Shown here: positions 39,209-52,379 of the stretch, piece by piece
Numbering within the stretch: the first letter of the stretch is position 1
Layout of the letters: the number at the start of each line of letters is the position of its first letter
Source: Pecten maximus
Lineage: Eukaryota
NCBI RefSeq assembly: GCF_902652985.1
Contig: NC_047029.1
Location: 13,020,001-13,084,000 of the forward strand
Reading direction: 5' to 3'
DNA length: 64,000 nt
Made by a program: the position numbers and the translations under genes
Notes under the pieces: model-generated
What the model was told of the DNA's origin: nothing
What the model saw: only the letters and a program-made list of their open reading frames with translations
Database searches by the model: none

Positions 39209-42200
39209 TACCAATGGCTGTTCTTCTTCAAGGCGAATTCATACGTCGTGTATGTAACTTTATTTCGGAAAACTATTAATTACAAACTTGTATCTTCATT
39301 CAGTATGCTTGAATATATTGGCGGAAATTGTATTCATTTTTCATAACAACATTATCCTCATCACAGTGTGTAGTAATGTCTGGGACGGCGTTACCACGGT
39401 TAATACTCTCCGCCGTCGAATTTCTTGTATTCTTTTAAATAAACGCGATCATTGAAATATTTACTTTAATTCCATGTTGTCGTGGTCTTCTAAACATAAA
39501 AATAACTCAAAATATCTCAAAGAATAAATGTTGTAGATGGAACTATATTTTGCTTGTGTTGTTGTTTTGACGGTTGCTAAGACCGTGCCGAGAACTGCCA
39601 TACACTTTCCTGCGAAAACGGCTGTTCTCTCTCTGACGTCCATCACGGGTAAAAACAGAACCAAATGCATTTGTTTATTTTTGGGTGCTTTAACAGATAA
39701 GATAAAATAATCATAATCTAAATATAAGAAATGTTGTTATGACATCATAAATGTTTCAAAAATAGATTTCATTCCTTAATAGTTAACCTCCTTCATTTAT
39801 ATTGTGATGTTTAGGTTTTTTTGTTTTTTTTATTAATTGAATATTGAAGAATTGACCTGTAAAGAGGAGTATGTTTTATAGATGAAAACGGTACTTGCTC
39901 CATGTTTGTAGAAATAAATAGTTAAAGATTTCTCATATTGATTATTTACGATTTACGACTACCAGATGAACCTCTCCGGGCTCGCTTTTAAGTGATAGCT
40001 CTATTGCAGACATGCCGTTGCAGTTACATGTTTATATGAAATAAAAAGCGTAGACAGTTACTCTTCATATTTGAGAGGGTGGCAAGGTGTTTCTCTTAAT
40101 GTAACATTATAAAGATGTCATAGTCATCATACTAAATCTCATAATTGTACGAGGGGCAAAAGCCGCCAGTATTACAAGCGCTGAATGTATAGAGGTGACA
40201 GCATATCATCTAAAACGAATAACTAATTTATCTTTTGGATTGTTCTAAATGATGAGTTCCCCCGTATTTACGTTCAATTTTAGTACCCGTAAAAATATGT
40301 AATGATATATGTTTTTCATGGACCCATAATGATTAACTAAAATAGCTTAAACATCTTAATTAGGTAGACTAAACGTTACCAATATCCAGACGCACATAGG
40401 CCAATTACAATGTACGTCAATGTAGACGTTTTGATGAATAACAGACGGTATTAAGGGCCGTCATAAGCACACTTAGATAAGTTGCGAGATTGCAGTACGA
40501 TTTCTGCTTATCACATGTTGTTTTTTTTTCCTCTTGTCTTCATGCACCAGTAGAGTACGTATTCGAAACGTGTGGGACAAGGGATAAAATTCATTATTGA
40601 ACTATACCACAACGATTATTATATTACTGTAAGACATTATTTTGTAAAAAAAAAAAAAAAAAAAAAGAGTGACATTTATGCCAAGTTTAAATATGAGTAG
40701 CATTTTTTCTCGGAGCAGCTAACCAAAGGCAGTGTTGAAGCCATGTATGTTTCCATCATTATTTTGCATTTGCGAGTTAACGAAATATTGCCAGACCAAA
40801 CTCTGACGAATGATCAACTTTAGACCTTTTGCGTTCCACCTATTATGGGGAATAGGTACATAATTGTGTATCGAATACATTACGCATGGCAGTATTCCTG
40901 TACACTCAACGGTCCGTTAAATGAGATATAAAATGCATGTTGTTTTCCTAATATTGTAGTTTACATATTAATTAATAATAAAGTTTTTGGAGATTCGTGT
41001 CACAATCGCGTGTATTTTTATATTTGTCATGTGTGTCTGTATATATTGTGACTTGCTGTTACTATCTGTATTGCGTAACGGATGTTCCGTAGAGGGTGAG
41101 TGAGCGCGCACGAGCGGGAGCCATGACAGTGCTCTAACAGGCTGTGTCGACGGATTAGATGTGTTTAACATTATACGGGCACAGAAACCTTACAGTCTGT
41201 GGTAAGTATTGCTTTAGCAGTTAGTAGTTATATATATTTTGTGATAATCTTCGCTTATTTTGTGTAAAAGGGGGTTATTTAACCTTGGAATGTTGTTCAT
41301 GCATTATGTCAACGTGCGGTCCAATCATGCATATCTTTCCATGATTTGTAATTGTTTTAATTGATTTATGTACATTTGCTCAATCGTACTTCCAAATGTA
41401 AACATATATATTAGAGTGAAGCTAGAGTATTTCCAGCGTCATTGTTTAATCTTATTTTTGCTTCGTTTTGTTAGTTTACTCTATCACGTCAAGTTAAACA
41501 CAACAACAAAACAGACAACATATTGGTATTTGTATATAATACATTCCGGCATTCGTTACAATATGTAATATCATTCTAAACGTTGTGTGTATTGATTGGC
41601 GAAATGTGTGTTGAAAAACCTTGATAACAATTGTAAAAGACTTTTCTTATATCATTAATTATTCACATATATATGTCGATGAATCGTGATCTAGATAAGT
41701 AAACGGCATGGACTAAAACATGGGTGGTTACTTTTTAAATAAAAAACGAAAACAGTGTCTTACAGAAGCTTAAACACTTTCTTTGTCGTAATGCTCCATT
41801 GAGAACATATAAAACATTATTATGAATGGGATTGGTGTGCATGATTTGAATATGAAAAGGCGCAAAGAGAAGCAGTCTTTATTATTACGGCCCTTCCATC
41901 ATTTGGCCGTATTGAGCATTTACGTTATGAAATAGACTTTAACCCTTGATAATAATAAAGTGAACTGTTTCTAGCCATAGAAAACTACAACTGCTATATA
42001 AGATGTACAACAACTTAACTCATGACTTCCTGGATTATCTACTGGTACCTATTATTGGCGAAAACAATCACTTTGCTGTGCGAAACAATAATAACTGCAA
42101 AGTTCCTCTATCAAGACTCCCTCGTACCAGCTCTTCTTTTATACCTTCAAGTCTTCATAGTTGGAATGCATTAAAATGATGCAGTTTGTTTACTACTTTC

Positions 42201-42645
42201 ATTAGATTTCTACAGTCTCCCCGGCTATATTTTGGGGATATGAGAATCGCAAGATGATTATTTTTCATAAAAGCTTTAGATAGGTGTGTATTTCCCTTAA
42301 TTATTATCTTTGAAGAGCTAACTTTGTAAATAATGCAGAATATACTTCTGTAATGCTGTGAGAATGTCTTCACTACTTTTTTGAAAGTCGTTTTTTTATT
42401 AATGAAAGAAAATATTCTTAAACTTGGGCCATTTTTTTTGGGGGGGGGGGGGGGGGGGGAGGGGGAACTCACATCTAACATTGGACCTGAATTAAAAAAA
42501 AAATCTTAAGATATGTGCAAACCTTTATTAACCCCAGCAACATCTTTTGTTATTTATCAATATTGTACTATTGTTGAAGTATGAGAAGGCGTAGAGAAGT
42601 TTTTGTATCAAAGGCCGGTCTGGCCTGCGTGGGACCTGAGGATAT

Positions 42646-42850
42646 GGACCGCGGTAGCCGAGTTGTTAAGGTGTCCCGACACTTTATCATTAGCCCACCA
42701 CGTCTGGGTCGCGAGTTCGAAACCCACGTGGGGCAACTGCCTTGTACTGACCGTAGGCCGGTGGTTTTTCTCCGGGTACTCCGGCTTCCTCCACCTCCAA
42801 AACCTGGCACGTCCTTAAATAACCCTTGCTTTCAATATGAAGTTAAACAA
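42646..42850 (+). mobile_element. tRNA-derived SINE (V/Meta-type central domain)
   Basis: A-box-like tagccgagttg, B-box gagttcgaaacc, conserved ggtttttctccgggtactccggcttcctccacc and an AAAC-type tail. A second copy lies at 55907. Confidence 0.85.
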
Positions 42851-42854
42851 TATT

Positions 42855-43261
42855 TAAGCATTGAACTGCTTTCATTTGGAAGTTATGGACTGATGAATGC
42901 CAACTGGACAAAGGCAAATTTAAGGAAGCGCGCTAGCGCTTCATGTTGAATTTGCCTTTGTCCAGTTGGCATTCATCAGCCCATAGCTTCCAAATGAAAG
43001 CAGTTCAATGCTTATATTTACATTTGACAACGATTTTTAAAGACTATATCCAGGAATTTTGCTCCGACGATGAAGAAACAAATTATTATCGTCAAAGACG
43101 GAACAGCTTTTTCAACAGCCATCTTTCGTTATCACCGATGTGACAATTATGACGTCACTATAATAATGACGTCATAATAAAGATTGGAAGTTATGGACTC
43201 ATAACTTCCAAGTGAGCTTGGTAGAGTTATATAGTGGGGCTGCAGTGTAAATGTAAATATA
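42855..43261 (+). mobile_element. Non-autonomous Crypton-like hairpin element inserted in the SINE tail
   Basis: Hairpin at 42855-43014. Internal tatttacattt is inverted to the terminal aaatgtaaata (43249-43259). The SINE tail aaaccaaac resumes after it. Confidence 0.8.
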
Positions 43262-43643
43262 AACCAAACAATATCAAAGTAAAGAAGTTGGTATAACTAA
43301 TCTTTCGTTATAAGTTTGACAATATCTGTGTTTAAATCAAATTTATTTCCGATACTTCTACAGAGAAAACTAAACACATATTAATATAAACAAATGTTCT
43401 CCCTTTGCGTTTTGGATGTAGGCTATTTGTAATTTATATCACTAGGTAGCTGATGTACATTTATAGTCAAACGAAAGCACCTGAAAGTTATTCCGTTGAT
43501 AGCGAATCTATAACACGTTAAATGAAACAAATTTTCGCGGGATTTCATTATGAAAAATTCTTTTAATTCCTTTGTGAAAAGGTATTTTGACATAAAATTG
43601 CAATACAATACAGGTACATTGTGTGTTAATTAGTGATACTGAG

Positions 43644-46600
43644 CTACAGTTGTTTTTTCATTGATCTGGAATAGCATAGTATAATGACAGCGTTGATGAT
43701 GTTAACAATAGACTTCCCAGCACACAGGTAACAGAACCATAGAAGAGACACTTCCTCCATCATGTACCCAAATAACATAGGCGCCAGCAGAGCTCCTAAG
43801 AAAGATGTGACATTAATAAAACTTGATATTTCACCTCGAACTGGAATCAAACTAGCATTTATCCAACTTAGGAAATTCGGCCAGACAAGACCGAAGGGAA
43901 TTCCAATGACGCATACAGAAATCCAGACGCCTACGTCACTAAAGACATGCGCACTGATGGTAAATCCTACAAATCCCAAAGTGTACGCTGTGGTAGATAG
44001 TAATAAAAGAGTGTCGGATTTAAAAAGACGGACAAGGAATATACCAATTATACTTCCCAAAAGTCTTGTGAAGAATGCAGTAGAAGTGAGCATAGCTCCT
44101 GACATATTCGTCCACAGAAGATATTTGACACAAAACGTACTCAAGTATCCCGTAAAGGTATAATCTACTGCATTATGAAACAGACTATAGACACCGACAT
44201 TCAACAGCTGTAGTCGTTTAAAAAACAGAGAAAAAGATCCTATGAATTTATTTCTCTCTTTTGCTAAAAACGCCATTTTGTTTGATTTCGAAAATCGAAA
44301 CAATCTGAAAAAAGGCAGAGCAACAAGAAAGCACAGCCCAGCCGAAATTGAATATGCAATGTAAAGTCGAGATGAGTTTTGAGGCGGATTACTGAATGAA
44401 GTCCCATTTAAGTAAACCTCAGTAGTAATATTGGACGGCATTGTGGTGTGGATAGAAATGTTAATGTTAGTATAAGGAACAGACGAGGCATTGAAGATGT
44501 CATTGGGATTATCCGTCAGAAATGGTCCTGTTGCTATGGGTGCAACTACACTCGCAATGATGGAGATCGCGCCGTGAAGCATTAGGTAAGAACGTCCTCT
44601 TCCTGTAGGCCCCCAAATGAGCACCGATTCGGAATAAATTGCTGAAAATGATAAAAGTATACTTTATATAAACTTAAATATAACATGATATATTTCATGT
44701 CTCTAAAGGATTTTTCGGAAACAAGCAAGTTAATAAAAATAAGCATGTTAAAATATACCTCTCTATTTTTGTTCAATACAGGGGCGCAATATCTTCTAAC
44801 TTTTAAAAATTTAAGAAATATTTTACTGTATAATTTTATAAATAAGTCTAACAATGCATGTTTGTTCTTTATCGTTTTCATTAATAATGTAAACGCGACA
44901 CACTTGTTAATTAGCAGGAGCTAAACATCCACCAGCATAGCATATCAAAACCGATCCCAATGGCTTGTACTAGAGACAAAAAGGTTATCACCTAGGTTCA
45001 TAATCAGCATAACTCATTCATATTTATACTATTGACGAAGTTATACCAAATTAACTAACTGTAATACAGCCCTGGGAATTATCGAGAACTTCGTAAAGAA
45101 AAACAGTTATTAGGAAAGGGTTTCCGAAACTTTTTCGACATCCTAGTTCAAAGTGTAACACTAATAGTGGAACGTATACAAACACTGCTTGGGTCAAGTG
45201 ACCCAGTGTGAGAGATTGTACTTTGTAGGACTGTGTCACCTTTGGTTCATGAACACAGAATAAGATAAGGCATTACATATGGCCAGTAATCTATAGCTTA
45301 AAGCTTGGAATTTGTTTTATTTATTCCTCTCCAGTACTGAAACAGGGATATAAGAGCATTTTGATAGATACTACATTAGTGCTCTATAAAACTTCAGCAT
45401 ATGACTTCATTCAATGATTGACATGAACATATAAGGACAGGCGTCAGCGAGTTACAAACTGAAGAAATAACACAGAAAACAGGAATAGAAGATAAAGGAA
45501 ACAACATGAATGAGAGATTAAAACTTTGAGGGGGGGGGGGGGGGGGGGGGTCGCAGCAGATTTTGTTTGGTCTCTTCAATTTCTCCTAAGCAGACGATAT
45601 AGGAACAAAAAAAAGATCTATTTCAGTCTCTTCAATGTCTCATGAGCAGACGATATAGGAACAGCAGATCTATTTCAGTCTCTTTACTGTCTCCTGAGCA
45701 GACGACGTGGACCAGTATATATATTTCAGTCTCTTTACTGTCTCATGAGCAGACGACATGGAATAGCAGATCTATTTCAGTCTCTTTACTGTCTCATGAG
45801 CAGACGACATGGAATAGCAGATCTATTTCAGTCTCTTTACTGTCTCATGAGCAGACGACTTGGAACAGCAGATCTATTTCGGTCTTACTCATGTCTCTTA
45901 TTCAGTAAATATCGACGGGCAAAGGGCGATATCGAGTTTGGGTTAATCATCTAGGCTTTGTATTAAACACACCGGGAATATATCTAAGTTGTAACCAGAT
46001 CGGTTGATCACTTACCCACAGCGAGGATGCCTCCAAAGATTCCAAGTATGACATGCGCAGTGATCATCAACTCGTACTGAGCACACCAAGGAATCGATCC
46101 CACTACCACGCCAAACATTACCAAAGCAATTCCAAATAAAAGGAATTTATTCATTCTAGAATAGATGACCCCAGCAAGTAACGATCCAAGAAATCGACCA
46201 GCGTAATAGGCGGTCATAAAAGCGGATCCTTTCTGAAGATCCACCCCAGAAATACGAATGAGGTCTGGAAAAGCTGGTCCAATCTGACCTTTTATCCACC
46301 CCTAGGTCAAATACAAAGATGTTTTCATTGAAACCTATATAACCTTTACTGGATTCTTAAAGAATATCGTTATTTTTTTGTTTAGGTTATAATACCACAT
46401 ATTGTTGATTATTGCTACCACATATTGTTGATTATTGCTACCACATATTGTTGATTATTGCTACCAAGTTTAATCAGAACCAGACTTGTGTGGCTAATAA
46501 GCTGAAGTGAGGCTTAAAATGCACTCTGTGACCCCATCCGCCTTAGCCCTCAGACCCTTGGGTCGGGTTTAACTAGCCAACCTGGTATATGCTTACATCA

Positions 46601-47460
46601 TCACCCACCAAGGATCCTGGCTACATTGTTTGATTAAAATTAGATTTAATCTGAAAATATGTTAGGTGACCCCGTCATAAGATACATGTACCAGGACTCT
46701 GAATGGTCAGCAACTTGCCAAATATAAATTTTGATTCCAATGCGGGGCAGGATTACTGTTGAAGTTATTATTAGGTGTTTTATGATCTTGGTCATTTTTC
46801 TTAAGTTTTTGCCATCAAAATTGACAAGACGTAAAATTAGGTCATTGTGACCTACTTTTTCAGGTTTTGTTTTGTTTTACATTTTTTTCAGATTGTGTTC
46901 CTAAACCTGACACCTATGTAACATTTAACATAAGAAATATCATCTGATATTGAGCCCGAACAAACTGACACTTGTGTTTTACATCCTGTGACCTATGACC
47001 CCTGAAATTTCTATTGGCCCAGAAAAAATCTGATGTTTTAATTAGCATACCATATGCAGGTGACCTTAAGTATCTTTCTGCTAAATATTAACCTTCTCAC
47101 TGATTAGTCGCAGAAAGGCCCAAATTTGAGGGGTGCCGATGGTAAAATGCGTACGAAAGTGAGATATGGCACTGATCATGACAAATTAACGACATCTTAA
47201 GCCATACCCCTGATACTGACCATGATGACGTACGCTGAAGACACAGTGATACTGACCATGATGACGTACGCTGAAGACACACACATACTTCTTATGACCT
47301 GCAGCCTCGTGACCTTGTTATGTCGAATTTCAACACAAAATGACGTAGGTTTCACCTCTGGTACTTTGGTGTCGTCTGTACAGTCACCATTTTGCTGCAT
47401 TGGTAACGTTTCTTGTTCCGACACTTCGACCCCATATTTGAGTTCTGTGTCAGTCGTCAT
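43644..47460 (-). CDS. MFS transporter, MFSD4/sodium-dependent glucose transporter 1-like, ~495 aa. Exons: 47460-47257, 46301-46016, 44641-43644
   Basis: GT-AG introns of phase 0 and 1 give an open frame. Motifs GWIKGQIGPAFPDL, G.FLGS...G, IWG...GRSYL..LH...S..AP...GPFL and multiple TM helices. Confidence 0.9.
45588..45895. repeat. 51-bp minisatellite, ~6 copies (MFS intron)
   Basis: Unit gagcagacgacatggaatagcagatctatttcagtctctttactgtctcat. Confidence 0.92.
46393..46465. repeat. 23-bp tandem repeat, 3 copies
   Basis: taccacatattgttgattattgc x3. Confidence 0.9.
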
Positions 47461-49110
47461 GATTCTCTGAAAATACCATGTTTATTTCTTTCCGTATTTC
47501 GCTTGAAAAAAAAATGTTTGGGTTATCAACAAATCGCTTAACACTTTTTGAAGTCAATATACAATAAAGGTATCTGATATAAAAAAAATTGTTGATATTA
47601 GATCAAGTGTCTTCATTAGGACTATAAAAATCACACAAGATATAAGTGTCTTTCAAAACAAAATGGGAGTTATGTGCAGTAGAGTCAAAATGAATCAAAC
47701 AGCGTTATACATTTGTTTCGTGCCTCTTTGACTCGTCAATGATGCTTAGAGCCTGAAAGCTATGTATGGCTGGTGATTTATCATTAACAGATTTTTTAAA
47801 ATAAATTCTTAAAAAATGGCAGGGGTAACGAATGATAATTATATATAATTACAATATGGAAGATAAAAACACTGAGCCTGTATCCTGAACTAGGTGAATA
47901 ATTTAACACCAGTGGAAGATATATATATAATTTAGGATCACTCTAGCTTAATCATCAGTACTCGTGTAATAACCTTAACATATCATTGGGGAAAGCACGG
48001 CCCTGCGTCAAACAAAGCTACTTGACATTACATTGTATCAATGAATATGTATCGTCACGGCATTGAACAAACTACACGTGCATAACGCTAAGTTAAAGGA
48101 TAATAGGACAACTATATTTGGACATTGGCATCACCATAGTCATAGCATACAAACTGCAGTGGATTGGTGTTATGCAAATCGAATAATACAGGCATGACGT
48201 GCCAATGTGGATATGGTATAGTGTTATCTAAATTAAAGCATATTTATGTTTATTATATATAAAATAACGAAAATCAAAGCTCACCTGATTATATTGATCT
48301 TCGCTTGTTCTCACAACACACGCGAGATTTCACACACATGTTCACATCCTCACACATGCCATTGGTTATACAGGAAGGATCACTACTTACTAATGCGAAC
48401 AGCACAAAACGCTAACGAACTGGGTTAATTATATAAGGCACTATCTATACTCTCAACAACAGCAGTGATTGAACACAGTTACCAGAGGTGAAACAGTGGT
48501 CAAACTGTGATCACGTGGCACACGTATTAATGGCAAGAAGGTCAAATGACTGAAGCCCACCATTAGCCCAACGGATTTCTTCATACAAAATCAAAGATGA
48601 AATATCAGTTAGGGCTTTCTTATTGCCAACATGTACATGCAATGAAACATTGATAATCTAACAAAATCTGTGGTTATAAGGTTAATTATCAGCACTCTTG
48701 TAGTAAACTTACCTGTGTCAAGCACGACCATGAACTGAAATGAAACGTGATAGAAACGCTGTTTATAGTTAGTTCGAGTGTCCTTCACTAGCAACGGAAC
48801 CGATATCGGATCCACATGAAATTACGGGAGTGTATCAGCTCTGGATGTTTCATTGTGGTTTGAATACATTATAAACACCTATTTAATAATTGCGGCATAA
48901 AACAATGACGTTGATTTTAAATTAGCTAATTAAAATTTAAAAAATAAATAAATACACCATTCGATTACTCTTTAGCTCTATTATACAAACAACTTAATGT
49001 AGATATGCATTCTTACGATCAATTTAGCAATTATAATTGTTGTTGGATATGACCAGGAAATTGGGAAAATTGAGCGTGGCGACATCGTTAATCACATATC
49101 GTAACAAAAT

Positions 49111-49312
49111 ACAGAGACTTCGTTAACAAAGGAACTCTGCTAGATAACATGGTGACATTAACTAAAGGAAAAATATTTTTTTAAACTGTATCTTATCGGA
49201 ATGAACTGCTTACAGAGACTTCGTTAACAAAGGAACTCTGCTAGATATCATGGTGACATTAACTAAAGGAAAATAATTTTTTTAAACTGTATCTTATCGG
49301 AATGAACTGCTT
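49111..49312. repeat. 101-bp direct tandem duplication
   Basis: acagagacttcgttaacaaagg...aatgaactgctt occurs twice, near identical. Confidence 0.9.
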
Positions 49313-52300
49313 ATCTCTGTTACTTTTAAAATGAACAAAATATGTAGAAGATCTGTCAAGTCGATTGTGACACTCTATCACTTTGTATCAGCATTATTTC
49401 GATAGGGCGAAGGTCAAAGTATGTAAAGTGGTGGGAATAAATCAATCGGAACTCATTATGGATCTTTGGAGAATACCTCTACATCTATATAACATCCAAA
49501 TTGTTAGCTACATGATCTGCGTTAAAGGGTTTTGGACACATAGGGTATTTTTCCATTTTCTGTTAGCCCGACCCCATAAATGTTGGCTGACACAGGTTTC
49601 ACCTCGCCTTGCAAAGCTGTTTATCTATTTTAGGCCAGTAGGGGGATATTGCTGCTGGCTGAAAAATTTTAATGAGCTAGGTGGTCACTTGGTCCGACGC
49701 GTCATCTGGTTCACCTCTCCAGTATCACTAGGCTAGAATCTGCCTTGTTATATGCATTTATAGAGGGAAACTTCAAAGAGCCCCATATAATTTTGTAAAC
49801 ATTGAAAGCAATGACAGTGAATGTCCTGATTTTATCATCTTACATGTTTAGATTTTCTTTCCACACCTCATGTCTGTAATTGTATAATCAACATACATGT
49901 AGTAGACCAGCGGACAATATCATAACCTTGGTAATTTATTAATATCACATGTCATCTTTTTATTTATTTTTTATTTTATAAACTCAAACAATGGCATATA
50001 CACTATAGGTCTACTCAGAGATGTAAATATCACATATGTGATATATACATCTCTGGTCTACTATACAGTGAGGTGACTAAATGATCTCACTTGTGCAGTC
50101 TTTTTACGGTGATTAATTTTCCTAGCCTTGTTAACCATTTTATTTTTGGCATAATTTGATAAGATTTTGTACACTTTTAAGAACATGTTTTACCCTTTCC
50201 TGACATAATATTAACCTAAAAATATCCATTTCTTAATTTTGCAAGATAAAGATTTGATAACAATGCAGTAGTTTGAAATACAGTTGTCTCATCCTGATGT
50301 AATTTAATTTGATAGTACATAATCACAGAACTGTTGTTTTTTTTATCTAAGACGATACACAGGTTTTTTGCAATTGAACTTTAAGGATTTCCTTTGTACA
50401 TATTAAATCAAGAATTTTTAAATATTGGTTGAAATTAAAGCGTCCAGATAATTTTTTACTCAAAGCATGTTATGATGACATGTTGGAAACTAAAGATCCT
50501 TGGATTCTTTATTTAAATCAGGAACTTTGAACTGTCAGTCTTGGGATAAATGTTTGAAGAAATCAGTTACTGTCCTGATCAATTTTACAGTAATGTATTC
50601 AAACAACGTCCTTTTTTGACAATTTCCTTAAAGAATTTTTTATGAAGGTTATGAAGGAAATGTATTTGATGTGGTGAAAATGTTACGCAGACATTCGTAT
50701 TGATTTGATTAAAACATATCATTTTAAATACTCTAGTATGTTTAAACGTATTCAGTTACTCAAAGTAGAAAATATAAAAGAACTGAACAATTTAGGAAAA
50801 TATGTATCACTAGCAAATAAACTAAAGGAAAGATTTTTTATAAGATTTTAATTAGAATATATTCATTTTTAATGATTATTTCTCTGTTTCCCTGTAACAA
50901 ATCTGACAAATTAGCTTATTGAATTATAAATCATGTAAGAGTGGATGCCTTTGTCCATTAATGTTATATACTATTTTATCCAATAAGTTGTAAAACTTAT
51001 GGAATAAAGTTGAATTTAATACAGTTGTTTAATGAATAACGGGATCATCACTGGAGTACATGTAACTAATTCACTGTTGTAACCCAATATATTAATGTAA
51101 AGTATTCCCACATCACAAAATCTTTGGTAGATAGTGTGTAAATAGTGATTTAATGCAACACACATTTGAGTGTTTGTAACGTTAGTTATACTATCATCTC
51201 GGCAGCAGTGAACCTGTGACGTAGGAGGCTGACCGACCTCGTTATCAGAATGAAATTTGCATATAGGTCAGTTGTCCAGATGGACCCATACCATGCCCTG
51301 TATCTCAGCGTGTATAAACACAACCCCAGGAGTGTGAGGGTTATTTGACTGGCTTTTCAGAAAACCAACCTATAGACAACTTTAACCTTTTTGTGTCTAA
51401 AACCCTTTAAGGAACCCAACATTATTTTCAGTTCAAGACATATTTCGGAAAACCTGAAGAGCTTGTTGCTATTGGCAACGGCAGTCCATTCTGTTTACAG
51501 TGCGTGGTTCAGTAGATCGATACGAGCGACAGCTGGTCACCTTATATACTGAAGTATACGTAGGAACTAAAGTGACATCATTACTTTATTGATGGAAATT
51601 TACATTTACAGTAAAATTGTATTCTCAATAACGTTTAATGTTGAAGTATCCAATTGATCCCAATTTTTACGATGAAATAACGATATATATACACAGCAGA
51701 TCTGTGTTTGACTTTTTATTTTATTATATATATATAATTATACAACATGTGTCATACTACATTGCAATACTACCACACTGAAAGGTAAGTGTTATAAAAG
51801 TGCCAGCTATAAATAGACTACATGTTATATATATATCTATAGAACATATGCACGCGCTTTAGTCAACGTACTTATCCTACCATAAGAAGTACTTAATCAA
51901 TTTACTAAAATGTTTTGCTTACAACTATGCATGGTGATCTTTCTATATGATCCTAGTTTTTTCGTTTTATACTGCTCAGTTAGTTCATGGTTAGTATTTG
52001 GCTGAAAACCGATAGGTCATTAGTACTCATACTGTCAGTTTAGTTTGTTCCAAATAATACAAAGTGTCTGTATGACATTGATTAATATCTACACACGTGA
52101 TTGCACTTGATTGGCAGTACAAAAAGTACACACATGATATTGTTTAAGATAATATCAACATTCAAAACTAATTTAGAGACAAAATGAATTAAATTTCATC
52201 ATACAGCTTTTTCGCGATTCTAGGACTCGACACTCATGCTAAAGGATGCTACCAAAAAGCGAAATAGGGCACAGGAAATGCCAAAGAACAAAAAAAAACA

Positions 52301-52379
52301 TAATTGAATAAATAACACCATTTACCTTGTGGGATTAAGAGGTGAGAAAGACTCAATATTCAGACTTCAAAAATGCATG

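Noticed and set aside
42646-42725. tRNA gene
   Set aside because: Only A/B boxes of a SINE head; no full cloverleaf.
42568-42949. ORFs of 71-122 aa (also 55846-56156)
   Set aside because: Spurious frames across SINE copies.
45642-45954. Repetitive 17-aa ORFs
   Set aside because: By-products of the 51-bp intronic minisatellite.
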